A stretch of 64,000 bases of DNA from Camelus ferus (lineage: Eukaryota). Shown here one piece after another: positions 13,116 to 25,850 of the stretch. The stretch is from positions 44,084,001-44,148,000 of the forward strand of contig NC_045696.1 of the NCBI RefSeq assembly GCF_009834535.1, given 5' to 3'. The translations under genes were made by a program, and so were the position numbers. Numbering within the stretch: the stretch's first letter is position 1; each line of letters opens with the position of its first letter. The notes beneath the pieces are model-generated. The model ran no database searches. It saw nothing but the letters and a program-made list of their open reading frames with translations, and was not told the DNA's origin.

Positions 13116-14589
13116 GCCTGACTTAATAATGCTGGAGTCATTATTTGACTAGGTTTCAAATTCATCTTTATCTTAATCTTATCTTTCTGCACTATGCTAT
13201 GAGGATTTTGTATTTTTGAACTTTCACTGTGGCATTATCAATATTCCAAGGAATTTCCAACTCTTCCCATGGATATCAGATCCTTAGCTGCACGTGATTC
13301 TGCTCTAATTAGTATGTTGATAAAGGGAAGCATAACTTTTTGTCACCAAAATGGTGTTTTTCTTGAAAGCCACGCCATATGTATGTATCATAAATGATGA
13401 GAGAATATCCCAGGAAACAATAGACCAAGACTGAGAACAGAAGACCTGAAGGAAATGGCCATGGAAATGGCTATGAAAGCAAAGTAAAAAGACTACCAAT
13501 GAAACTGAAAGAGTGGTAAGAGTAAAAAAACACACACAAATTTCATCAACCACAAATGAGTGCCATAAAAGGAAACACTATCAAAGAGGAGGAGGGAATT
13601 AACAGTGAAAAAGGAAAAAAGCAATCAAAAGGGAGAAAATATGGCACAAAAGGTAAATGCCGGCCACATCAAGTGACTGGATTGTGTCCAAAAACAACTG
13701 GAAATGGGAGAGCAATGAAAGACAATATGTTACATTGGAATTTGCATTAAAATTAAGCTAGTCACCATAAAAGGAAGAATTTTAACAGGGAAAAGTAGCC
13801 CAAACAAAGGAAAGAAACAGACAACAGATGCTCCAAAGACATGTGATACAGATAATGTGTCCAAAAAAAAAAAAAAAAAAAAGGCAAGCTGCACAATACA
13901 TGAAAAGGAAAGGCCAGTGCAAGGCAAACAGGAGGAAATTCAGGGTTGGGTACAAAAAGGGCAATGTGAGAACAGTGATAATAAAGAAAAGGGGAGGAAG
14001 ATTAAGTTGGAAAGAGATTGAGAGAATTGATGTGTTAGAAAATGTTTATCAAGAATACAAAGAAAAATACCTGAGTGAATGAGTCTCTCTCTTCCTTCTG
14101 TATCTCACACACACACACACTTGAACCATTTAACATTCCACTTAAACTGCATTCTGAATTCTGAATTATCACCAGATACCTAGCAAGGGTAGACAAATAA
14201 AACCCCCTTCTCACTATAGTCAAATTCTGTTGTGGTACCTTAAACTTGGGGAATGATTCTAACTTCCCAAGCAAGTTTGATGCTATAAATGAATGAAATC
14301 TACTTGTCAATTATGAGAATAAGTCTACAATTGCTATTCTGTTTTTGTTAGCATGGGCTTCTACACAAGTATTGAAACACAAAGTGAATGTGTGAGGGAA
14401 AAAGGTTTTATGTCTTTATAGTATAGAATTAATCCCTGTTTCTGCTTATAACTCTGTTACAGTGTTCTAGACAGTCTAAATGAACATTTATACTTTAGTC
14501 CTTAAGCCCTCTATTAGATAGCATATATGTGTGTGTGTGTATATATATATAAAATCAACAGAATTATAATGTACCATAGTCATGAGCTT

Positions 14590-15100
14590 AATAGTATTGG
14601 TAAGAGGGTGAGGGAAATAGGCGTTTGCACGCTCTGCTGGCAGGAAAATAACTGCTACAAATATTCTGGATGACAATTTAGTAATATGAATTAGAAAATT
14701 AGAAAAGCTTAAATTGTTCAACACATCAATCTCCCTTTCAGGAATTTATGCATAAAATAATCAATTAAATGTACAGAGACACGTGCAAGTGATAATCATT
14801 ATAGGGCAGCTTATATTAACAGTATAATGGAAATAATCTAAATATCAAAGAAAAGGAGATAAGTTTAAAAATCATGATATATTTATAAATGGAATAGTAT
14901 ACAACCTTTCAAAGTGATGGCACTGAAGCAAAGTAATTGCCATGGAGCGATGTCTGTGATAACATATTGGGAGAAAAATGCATCCCATGAAAGAGTTTTA
15001 TAAAATATTAATTTTTTCTATGTGATTAAAGAGATTACATTTTATATATAAAGGAAATGTCTAGAAGACAATGTAACCATACTAACAGTAAACTTTTAAA
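14590..15100 (+). mobile_element. L1ME LINE-1 3' fragment
   Basis: ctctgctggcaggaaaataactgctacaaatattctggatgacaatttag...caatctccctttcaggaatttat...tggaaataatctaaatatc. Confidence 0.75.
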
Positions 15101-16648
15101 TATTTCCTGAACTCTTAAAAATGTTTGTCATACTTTTGATTAAAGAAAAAATATTTTTGCCAAATATATTTTATAAAATATGAAAATGTCATCATAGCTT
15201 GGTTTGTTTTGACAGAGAAAGTAAATAATTTGAAGAGGGATATGGGATATTTTAGATCAATCCTAAAATGGAAATCTAGGACTAACGTGTTTCTAACTTT
15301 ATATGAGGGATGCAAGTCGGAGTTAGAGTAGAACAAATTCTGAAAGCAATAATGAGACCATATCCACAGTGGTTACACAAAGCCATGTTTTATAGAAAGT
15401 AGCAAGGATGAACAAGGTACACATGGATACTATTTTAACTGTGTTTCAATAAGTACTTAGAAATAAAGCTGGGAAAACTGTGTCAGAACCTATTAGTGGT
15501 TTCACCGATGCAAATATTGAAAACTTATTCCAGATGTTAGGACAGGTTAAATATATTATCAGATCTCCTTACCCAAATTGTTGAGATATTTACCTTTGGA
15601 TTCTAATGTTCATCATCTTAAATTAGCCCATGCTTCATGCTCTAACTCCTATTATCACTATTAACTTTTCAAATTCTAATTCATTTTTAAAATCAAATAA
15701 TCACAATTATAGCATTTGGTTATAGCATGTACATATGTGTGTGTGTGTGTACATGGATGTAACTTTCATCCAGTGAATTTGTAATCTGTAATTGATCCCT
15801 GAGATCATGACTGTCATATTCTTTCTTACTCAAACTTTAGAATAGACTATCTTCACTTAGTTGAAGTTACAGGCAAAGTAAAAGAAATGTCCTCGAGTAC
15901 TTATGAAACATTTATTTTGAATTTGACTAAAATGAACCCTGTTAAATTATCAAATGATTTTCTCCTTTACTGAGAGTGCCCTGTAAGTTTGTATTTCAAT
16001 TTTCAAAAATGGGGACTTTTACCCCAATTATATGAAATGAGGGGCTGATTATTTTTGTGTACACAGTAGCACACAATGGAAGCATTTATGGCTTTCTTGC
16101 TTTTTATAAAGTCTCACTTTTCTTATATGTAAAAGTGGGAGAAATACTATATTTCTTTTAAGTGGATAAAATAAATATTGTATGTGTAAGCACCAAGGGT
16201 AATTGATCCCAGGTTATATAATCCTTGGAAAATGGGATCTACAGGGGAGTGAAAATATTAGAGACTGAGTAATACATTAGCAGAAGAGTGAAATGTCAGA
16301 AGTAGGCACAAAAAGACAAATTATTAAGACAAATGAGATAGATCAGGAGGAACAAGAAATAATATGTGTGTAAGAGTTCCTAATTCTAATTGAACAGAAT
16401 TAAAGAAGACTTTCTGGATTCCATTCATAAGAACTAGACACCTAAGGCCAAATCCATTCTCAGTTAATATTTTTCCCCTTTGGTCTCTTTAAATAGGACC
16501 AACCAGTATAAATGAGTTTTCTTTCTTTGATCATTAGCCTTTGACATTTTCTTTACTTAACATGGAGAATCTATGTGGTTTTAGTCTTCATCTCATCTTG
16601 GAGAGGGAGAACACAAACAACATCCTTGATACCAAGATATCAAGTTAC

Positions 16649-16714
16649 ACGTAGCTTCTTCAGCTTTCTCAGTGTTGACTTGTGGGACACCGGGCGTATG
16701 AGAAACTGAGTGTT
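16649..16714 (-). other. Weak candidate exon (66 nt)
   Basis: gtattgtgtctag|AACACTCAG...CTACGT|gtaact; local CpG retention; both splice sites are weak. Confidence 0.15.
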
Positions 16715-17099
16715 CTAGACACAATACAGGTCAAGGCCTCAAGGTCTGAACTGAGGGCTAGGCCATACTCTGTGTGCATATGTGTGTTTATAGGTGTGCA
16801 TGAGTGTTTGTGTGGGTGTGGTTTTCTGTGATTTGAGTTGCCATGTGTGAAAGAGTTTGTCGCAGGGAAAGAATTGCAATATGCTGACATGATAAATGGC
16901 TTTTTCTTCCCTTGTGACATTATTATTCTTATTTAAAATATCCTTTGACTCAGGTTTGAATTGCTCACAGTGTTGCTCCATAATACCAGCATTAATTAAT
17001 ATAAACAAAGTGTCATACAATTCTGCCTCTGTCATCCCTACATCATACTAGATCCCCACATACCACAGTTGCTAAAAAGAAAGGCCCTGGTATTGCTAG

Positions 17100-17235
17100 A
17101 ATGCCATTTAAACTGTATAACTACCCTGAGGGGAGGTATTGTCATCTATGCTTGTCTTTCAGGGAAATGAGGATTAAAGGGATCAAGGTTTTTCCTGAAG
17201 TAACACTCATCTGGTAAGTGGCAGAACCAGGATGA
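17100..17235 (-). mobile_element. MIR SINE
   Basis: taactaccctgaggggaggtattg...gggaaatgagg...ggtaagtggcagaaccagga. Confidence 0.7.
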
Positions 17236-17371
17236 GTGATAACAAAAATGGTGGCAGTTTGTGAGTGTTCACCTTAGCAATGAAGCAAATCAGAATATAG
17301 TACCCTGTGTAGCCCTGTAGCCAATGTGAATAGAGAGCCTACGGTCTAGATTCCTTAATTCAAATTAAATC

Positions 17372-17560
17372 AGAATCATAGAGAATTAGGAATACAGGGT
17401 CATTAGGGATCATCAGCTCAAGCCCCCTTTTCTTTTACTGATGAAGCTGCAGTCCAGAGTCTTCAGTCATTCCTTAAGAGGTGGTTCCCATGGCCAGAAA
17501 GGGGCACAGTTAAGAGTTTGTCAGACTCTGTGCTTTTAGGTTGCTGTCCACTTCATGATG
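17372..17560 (-). mobile_element. MIR3-like SINE
   Basis: agaatcatagagaattagg...ttagggatcatcagctcaagcccc...tactgatgaagctgcagtccagag. Confidence 0.55.
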
Positions 17561-17839
17561 CCAGTCTGCTTTTCTAAGCCAAGGCAATGTAATTCTTAGT
17601 CATCCAGCAGGTGGAGTTAGGTCACTTAATCTTCACAAGTCACAAAGAAAATGCTGAGAGGATACAGATCAAGTGTGTAACAGCCAGCTGGCCTACTCAG
17701 CTAGAAATGTCAATGTTTCTATAAGGGGAAAGTTTAAATCATTCTGTTTCTTCTTTCATATATTGATTGGAAATCTATGATAACTTTGACCATTAGCACT
17801 ACAATATATTTTTTGAAGGCTCTCTAAATCAGTACATAC

Positions 17840-17851
17840 CTGGTTACTCTT
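17840..17851 (-). other. Candidate 12-nt microexon AAGAGTAACCAG
   Basis: atcttcctctttctctgttctctag|AAGAGTAACCAG|gtatgt: near-consensus acceptor and donor 12 nt apart. Confidence 0.4.
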
Positions 17852-20171
17852 CTAGAGAACAGAGAAAGAGGAAGATTTCTTGTCTCTGATAATTCCTGAG
17901 TTCTTCCTTCTTTTACTTTTTCTTTCTTTCTTCCCCCCGAGAATCCACTATGTATCCACTTAGAATATAATGTCGCCATAGCCATAGAACTAGGGATATA
18001 TGAATATAAATGCAATTATACTGATTCATAAGACAGGAGCAAACCCAAACCTAGCATTCATTCTTGTCACCAGTCAATACATATCTTCCACATGGAGCCC
18101 AAAGCAGCCTAGAGCTTTGAAAGGCAATCAACACAAATGCCATTGATGAAAGAGGTGTGTGCCAGGGTGGGATCAAGGAATGTACACGAGGTGATGTTGG
18201 TGGCTGGGAGTGGGGGTCTTTGAAGACAAAGAAGTTGCTTTGTCTTTATTATGGAGTAAATGCCTTGAAGGTTCCTGATAAGAGTCATGGGTCAAATTCT
18301 ATTAGCAGTTCTTAGATAAAAATATCTCCCAAATTTTTCTTAAAAAGTAAATAACAAAACCCCCTTGGGCTAAAGATTTCTAATGACTGTCTCTGTTCAT
18401 CTTGAGGCTACTATACAGGATGATGTATAAAATTTACTCATGGGACCTAAGGAGTCATCTGGCACAGGCCTGGAGAGAAAAAAAAAGAAAGAAAAGGGAT
18501 TTAATTTTAGAAGATGGAAAATCTCTGCCATAATGCCTCTAGCTGCTTTCTTAGCTACTTTCTACATAATAATGGTTTATCCTTTTTTCCCTACTGGGGA
18601 GAGGGGAATAAAGTTAATGTATCATCCTCCCATCAGGCACATTAAATCAAATCCTTTCATCCTGAACTTTTATTCCTTGAATATGTTAGATGTAGAATAG
18701 AGAGGCATTCTATGAGGAGGGAGAGAATATGTATGCATTACAAAAAAAAAATGTTTTTTCACATACATATATTTCTGTATATGTAAGATATGTAATGTAT
18801 GCTTGTCCAAAAATCTTTTTTTCCAGTATCATTCATTCTTCAGTCTAAAGCATTTCATTTACCCAGTGGGGATCCAGATATTCCCCAAGTTGGTTACACT
18901 AGGAGTTGGGCTTTTCAACATGATCCTCATGAAGAAACTCAGGGATATGGACAAGCATAGCTGACAGGACCATAACATCATCTGGGAGAAAGCTAAACTG
19001 CAGACAGCCTCAGTAATGTGGGCTTTCATCCAGAAAAATCATAGAAGATCTAAAACCTAGAGCCTTTGGCAGGGTATGGGAGGAGAGGACAAAGTTCAAA
19101 TACTCATACTTTAAAAGACTATAGGAGATGATTTGATTGTGTTCTTTCATTTGTTAATCTTTATACATAGTGTACCTTTATACATAGAAGTTTACTATTG
19201 ACAGCAATTTAAATAAAGAAAAAAACCAAAAATGAACATAAAGAACAGAAATAGGAGAGGCACTGTGGGTCAATAGTTTAAATAGAATTTAAGCCAGAGT
19301 TACCCGTGTATGTTCTTATCAGCAGACTCTTCTGAAACCTCCTGGCACAGATCTTCCCCTTTCTCTTCCTGCTCCCTTCTATGAGGTAGCTTCTTTTTTT
19401 CTTTCTTTCTTTTTTTTTTTTTTTTACAACTATTCCCTAGAGCCTTTTCTTTCTTCCATTGCACATTTGATGGTGAGAATTTTTTTTTCAAGAGACTCCC
19501 TTGAAGACTTATTTAATTCACCTTCTAGGCACACATAACTCCCACCTTTAGCAGACTTTCATAATACTTTCAGCTGTGGAAAGCCATATTCAATAAACTA
19601 TACCTAGGAAGTAAATAGATTAACTAAATGTCCTGCAAAGGACGCTAAAGGACATTAAAGGCATTCTTCAGCAACACTAGGATAAACATGAAAAGTGAAT
19701 CTTTCCATTTCAGGCAAGAGTATGATCTTCATCAAATGAAATTTGGTACATTCTGTATCCAGTGGAAGACTCCAGGATTTAGAACTGCATACTTAGTGTT
19801 AGCCTTCATTTAATGAAAATCAGCTCATGTGGAAAGTGGGAAGTAGGCATGGCATTTTACTCAATTTCATCTGTTGTGTTAGAGGGCAGCGTTTTCAGTC
19901 ACCAGGTGTGGTCTTCTTGGTCTGTTCTTACAAGAGCTTCTGGCTGCCATCCAGGTTACTCATAAGCTGCACCTGTCAGACACCAAAGCCTTCCATCTAC
20001 CTCTCAGAGAGAAAGGAAGAATGTTTTGATTCTTTGATTCTTTTATGAGTTTCAGTTTAGAATGTTTGTTTTATCCACACAGAGGCCCAGACTTCTTTCA
20101 GAGAACAAACTCGTTACCAGTCTTGGAACTCGCAAAACCTGCTGTTGGATCTGGAACACACACAAGCTTAC

Positions 20172-20242
20172 CTATCAGCTTCCATCCCCTCCCTACACCC
20201 ACCCACTTTCAACCTGTTTCCATCGTATACCCAGCCCTCTCC
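20172..20242 (-). other. Candidate first exon ending ATG GAA GCT GAT AG|gtaagc
   Basis: Starts ~30 nt downstream of a TATATAA. Strong donor TAG|gtaagc. ATG is in strong context (gggATGG). The 5' end is inferred from the TATA position. Confidence 0.3.
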
Positions 20243-20265
20243 GAGAGATCTGGCAGAAACTGGCC

Positions 20266-20272
20266 TTATATA
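20266..20272 (-). promoter_or_regulatory. Candidate TATA box (caaTATATAAggcc)
   Basis: TATATAAG in a GC-richer unique context upstream of a splice donor. Confidence 0.3.
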
Positions 20273-21021
20273 TTGCTGTAGTTCAAATGGAGCAGAACAA
20301 CAGACAGAGAGCCTCTTTTCTCCTCACATAACCATCAGTGAGGAAAATCATTCCCTTAATAGACACACCCCAAAACCATAGGGAAAGAGGGTGGAATAAG
20401 GCCAGCAGATTACTGCTCAAGAGCCATACTCCCTATCACACTGAAACTTTCCCTTATCTTGCTGAGTACCTTCTGTTCTTACTGAAAACTTTTCTTCTGT
20501 CGGTTCATTTTCCCAAGGCATTCCAAAGAAGCTGTGATCAGGCATTGAAGAAGAGATGCTATTAAGTGTAAAGAATAAAGGGGACAATTAAAACTGCACT
20601 TCTATGAGTAAGAACCCTTAATTCTGCTTTTAATGATGATCTCAAAGAAACCATCCAGAGTTTCACAGAGAACAGATGGCCAACACATTTTGTAGTTTAT
20701 TTTCCAATCCCAAACTAATCAATAGGAGTGGGATTTATTCTTATAGCCCTTGGACAGAGTTTATTAGTACCTTCACTTTTCCTTCTGGTGATCCCATCAT
20801 ATAAAAATTCTCTAACTTCTGACAAGTGTTCTGAATTCAACTGGACAGCAGCTTCAGGCAAATTCATCTGTCACAGACACTGAGAGACATTTTGGACCTT
20901 GTCTTTGGACCTGCTGTGTTGATGGCACCGTGTCAAGTTTCCTGGCTTTTACCCTCAAGTCTCTACCTTTGGTCATACTCTAACTTGAGTAGGTAGATTA
21001 TTTAGCAAGATTTAGACTCAC

Positions 21022-21135
21022 CGTTTTCTTGTTTTGAGTCGGACAGGCAACAAGTGATGCAATTATGTACTTAGTAGACAAACTCAGTAATTATAACCAA
21101 GCACTCTAAAGATTTATTTAGGTAACACCTTTCAT
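21022..21135 (-). other. Candidate non-coding exon (114 nt)
   Basis: gacttttcctcctctag|ATGAAAGG...GAAAACG|gtgagt; both sites strong; stops in all three frames. Confidence 0.35.
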
Positions 21136-22909
21136 CTAGAGGAGGAAAAGTCCCAAGAATTTTTTAGATGTTGTCAGATCTTGCATTTACATATCATATT
21201 AAATGAGTGGAAGGTTGTAATTAGTGTTATTGCCGGTCATGAAATTGATCCATGTCACCTAGTCTCATTTTGAAATCACCCTACACAAATGACCTTTATG
21301 TTAGAGATTTAAATACAGTGTATTCTTCGAATTAGAAACAAGGCTTTCATTGAATTCCAGGCACAGAAAGATTTTCTATGCATTGTTTGGGCATTTTTAG
21401 TTCATAAAGTCATTTTAGACAATAGCAGGTCTTTTATGAACAGAAATAGTTTTGTAGAAGTAAAGTGACACACATCAGAAAGAAAAGGTAGTGGTCTGTA
21501 TCTTTGAAAATGTCAAAGAAAATCTAGTTAATTATTTCTTCTGATCAGTTCAAGAGAGGGATGATCACATCAAGGTCATTAAGAAATGCTTTCTAGAAAT
21601 TAAAATATACCTATTTAAAGAATTATTCTATACTAACTATTAATGACAAAGTTAAACTGAGTGCATTTTTATAATAAAAGTTAATAATCAGGCTGGAGAA
21701 ACATGGAGGTATGGGAAAGTTGAGGGCTCTGGAGAGAAAAAGTAAGACTGGGAGAGGTGAATGGAGAAAGAAGTTAATAAGAGCATGCACAATAATACCT
21801 GTTATATACTCCACCACAGTTATAAAGTTAGAATCAGAAACTTTTTTGTATTTTTAATGCACTTATTTTAAAAGCATGGCTTAATTTTTCCATAGTTCTC
21901 TACTTATCAACAAGAAAATAGTACAGTTCTGATCACATGTCATCTGTGTCTATTACTTTACTCTGCTTCAAATAATAAATTAACAACCAAATGATAATTT
22001 TATCATGGTTTAAAAATATTGATTATACACAGTATTTTCCTTTTCATAAGCATGAAAAGCTTTCATCTGTTTTTCCAAATGTGTAAATATATAACATCAG
22101 ATAACAAGGGTCTTTCATGAATTAAAAAAAAAAAAACCGCAGCACAATAGATTATAATTGTAATTGCCTAATACCACCTCTCTTCTCATATCTGAGCCTA
22201 TCAGATCGTGCTCATTTGTGTAGCTGAATTGATAATGCATAGCCTCTTCCCATCCAATGCTTTTGTCTGGCTCAGGAAGTCCTTACTTCCCTAGTGGCTC
22301 AATAAAATCCTATTTGTCTCATATAATGAAAGGATGTCAAGCCAAACCCTCAAGCCACAAAAAGAGAAGTTCTTTCTGAACTCTGGATACTTCAGTATAG
22401 TAATTCCTTTGGCAAGGACAGAAAAGAAAAAGGAGGCTCTTTTCCCTATTTTTGTTTTTGCTTTGCTGATGATCAGACAGGAAGCTGTGAGCCTAGGAAT
22501 GCCTTGGTAGACTGGACTGATGAATCTTCACTATTGTCTTTGGTTATAAGAATTTTGAGCTCAGTGTCTATAGAAGCAACATCACCATCATAATATTTTA
22601 CATGCTAACAGTGCATACATACATAATAAACAATATAATACATGATGATATTTTACATGTTGAAGTTTCTGATTGAATTTACGTAAAAGTGCTAGATGGC
22701 AAATTCATCAGCTTATCAATAAACAGTTCATCTCTTATGTCCTAGTAGTTTACTTTAAGACAGAATAACACTTTAAACAGAAAGAAAGGCAGGGAAAAGG
22801 AAAAGGATATTTCTTCTTTGAACTAATTGTAATCCTCCTGGATTACTTGTCATCTATAAAATATATATAAAAATATATTTATTACTAGTTGGGGCCCTGA
22901 GATACATAC

Positions 22910-22946
22910 ACTTGACTTTTACGTTCTCTTGTCCCCTCGGAGCCAT
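22910..22946 (-). other. Candidate upstream exon end with short ORF start MAPRGQENVKVK (phase-1 donor)
   Basis: aaacccATGGCTCCGAGGGGACAAGAGAACGTAAAAGTCAAGT|gtatgt, preceded by a CpG-retaining unique region extending to ~23400. Confidence 0.25.
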
Positions 22947-23553
22947 GGGTTTACTTCACACTAGAAGTCCCTGCTGAGTTTACCACTGGGAATTTTGGCC
23001 AAGGTATGCTGCATGATGATACTACCAGTTAGAAGGCCAAATATCAAAAATGACAGAATGCTACCCGTTTCTCTCCAAGAGAGTGAAAAAAAAAAAAGGA
23101 AAAGTGCCGACCTGTGATAATCTCTTAATGTCATCTGTTTATTCTCTGTGAATTTCCTTCATTCCAAGTTATAAATCTCTTTAAAGTGGGAAGCACTTTC
23201 TGGGAGAGAAGAGAGGGAACAGATATGTTTTTTTGTCCCACACGTGCATTCTTACAAGATAAAACCTGTTGCCTTTTCACAGAAGGAAGTCCTGGAAACA
23301 TCTCCTGCCACACAGCCTGGTCACTCCCAGCCCTCTCAGTAGTCTTGTCGCTGCGCTGGACGCCATCAGGCCTGCTCTTCCCTTCTTTCACTACCATATA
23401 CTCATAATGACCATGGCAGTGAGCATTTGGACAAAATAAGAGTCATTAACTTGGCAAGTTAATGGTTTTTCGATTATTTCAATAAATTAAAAAAAATTAT
23501 ATTAGTATTCCATTAGGTTAGGATTAATACATAAATAGTACTTTGAATTTCTA

Positions 23554-23578
23554 TAGATAGATAGATAGATAGATAGAT
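23554..23578. repeat. (TAGA)6 microsatellite
   Basis: Read directly from the sequence. Confidence 0.95.
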
Positions 23579-24964
23579 GATCTTGCATTACGGTACACAA
23601 TTAACTCAGTCATCAAACTGCTAAATGCTGGAGATACAAGAGTAAACGACAGTGAAGACTGCATCTTTAAGAACTTCAAGTCAACTCAATGAATGATATC
23701 TCTGAACGCTTTAGGAAACTGTAATTGTGTCATTGGCAATGCAGATATTTCTTCAAACATTCAGATCATAGGAGAGCAGAAGTCAAATCAAATTTTATGT
23801 CAAATTCCTTTGCTTTTAATTTTCTGTAGAAAAAGTCTTTCAGTAAAGCTTTCCTTTGATAATTTGGCAAAGTTCTGGCATCTATAAACATTGAAACAGC
23901 AATTCTCTGGCAAAAATGTTGAATCATACAACTGGCTTTGTTTGCTCTCTCTTCATTCAATTCCTCTCTCTCTATCTTTTACTTGTTCCTACTGCTATCT
24001 TCTTGAATACCAGATCCCCACTTTGTTTTAAACTTTCATAGTTAGTCCCCTCACCCTCATTTATCCTTTGCAATCCTGTGACAAAAAACTGTATCTTTGG
24101 CCTGTTCTAAGATAAAGTGTAAAAGAAGTAAAAAATTTCTGATTAAATTAATTAATAAGGAAGCTGGAGTCATTTGTCTATTTCCTTACCTGTAGAGATA
24201 ATTACAATTAATAAAATAATTTACCTTGGAAAGAGGACTTCTAATATCTCAATTTTGCTCCATCTGCCAAATAAGCTTATTAATTGTCTAATAAAAATTG
24301 AAGGAAATAAAGAAGAAATAAGAAGAAGAAAGCATTAGCAACCCTATAATTTTTTTTCTTTTGCTATTTCTGTTCTGGTGTTTTAGAATGCTGTATTTAT
24401 GTATAGGTGAATAGCAAACAGATGAAAGATCATTACATTTGGGTAATTCTATTAATTGGCCACCTTTTGAAAATAGTGCTGGCTGTCCTTCTGGTAAATT
24501 CTAGGTTGCTCGCCTGGACTTGGAGAAAAAAGTGACAGAGGAAACTATGAATTTACTCTGAAATTTAAAATCTAATATTCAAAGCAATGTGGTAGCTTGA
24601 AACAAGATGAGTGTATTTGATCCTTAACTAGGGAAAGCAGGAAATCAAAAGGTGTGTTAAGTTTACTATGACAGAAGTGACCACAATAATTATCCGTGAG
24701 AAAGAGAGCCAGTTAAGCCAAATACAGAAACAAAATTTAGAAGGGAGGGGCTCAGAACTTCAGGAGAATCTATACAAACTAGTTTTTATTTTGTCTCTCT
24801 CTTTGTCTAATCTTTGAAACGCTACCTTTCTTAATCTCTAGATTAATCAAGAGGAATCTAAGAATACTAGCTATTCACCATTAAAGTACCTGCTGGTAGT
24901 TGTGTTTTGACCATGTATCTTATATCTTAGAGCTGAGTTTTCACTGTTAACCAATTTTGTTAAA

Positions 24965-25135
24965 ACTATGGGCTTTGATGTTAGACAAGCATCTTAGAGA
25001 CTTACTTCTCCATATACTGTGCAAGCTGGGCAATTTAGTTGACCTTTTGAAATCTTGGTTTCATCCTCTGTGATATAGAAATAGTAACAATAGTACCTTC
25101 CTCACAGAACCATTATAAGGAAAATATCTGATAAT
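24965..25135 (+). mobile_element. MIR SINE
   Basis: tgggctttgatgttagac...tgggcaatttagttgacc...ggtttcatcctctgtg...tagtaccttcctcacag. Confidence 0.75.
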
Positions 25136-25504
25136 CACCCATTCTACAGTCAATAAATATTTATTGAATGCCAAAGTTATACAAGGCATTGCACTAAGCA
25201 CTATGAGTGCAGTGAGCAAAAGAAGATCTTTACCTTTTTAGTATTTACATTTTAGTAGGTGGAAGAGAAAATAAAACAGTAAATATAAAGAGATATGCCA
25301 GGAGTGTGAACATCAGAGGTGGTTTATTTTCCTGTCTGCCTTACCCTTAATCTGTTCATGGATACTTATTTACTAATGATTTTTTTCCTTAAGAGTTATG
25401 AGATAGAAAAATAAACTGTTTGCTCTTCATTTACTAAATGACTGTAAATTCACGTTTTTCATCAAAATAAAATTCCATTATTTTAATGTTTAAAAAAAAT
25501 CAAA

Positions 25505-25850
25505 TCATAAGAGACAAAGAGTTGAATGCAAGTAGTGCATTTAGAAGAAGGCACTATCAGGAAATACTCTTAAGCAAGTAGGAAAATGAGACTGCAAAGG
25601 AAAATCAGCCAATAAATTTTATGTTGTCAAGTAAGTTATCACCGTGGATAATTAGACCTTAATCCCTCTAGGAAACTGAGTGTCAGTGAGGAACATTACA
25701 TCTCAAGAGCACTCCCACATAGGGCTCTAGAGAGCTGGAGTATTTTTACCTCAACTCCATCAGTCATGGAGGATGCTGAGGGTGGGGTCGAGGGTGAGTT
25801 AATATTACCTGCTATGCCCATGGGTGGTACAAATAGAGAAAGAAAATCAA
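25505..25850 (-). mobile_element. ERVL-class LTR (LTR33/LTR16-like) inserted in L2
   Basis: gagacaaagagttgaatgcaagtag...cagccaataaa...gagctggagtatttttacctcaactccatcagtcat. Confidence 0.7.

Noticed and set aside
19305..19380. Minus-strand donor CGG|gtaact with a K/E-rich ORF
   Set aside because: No pyrimidine tract upstream; the ORF is driven by a poly(A)/purine run
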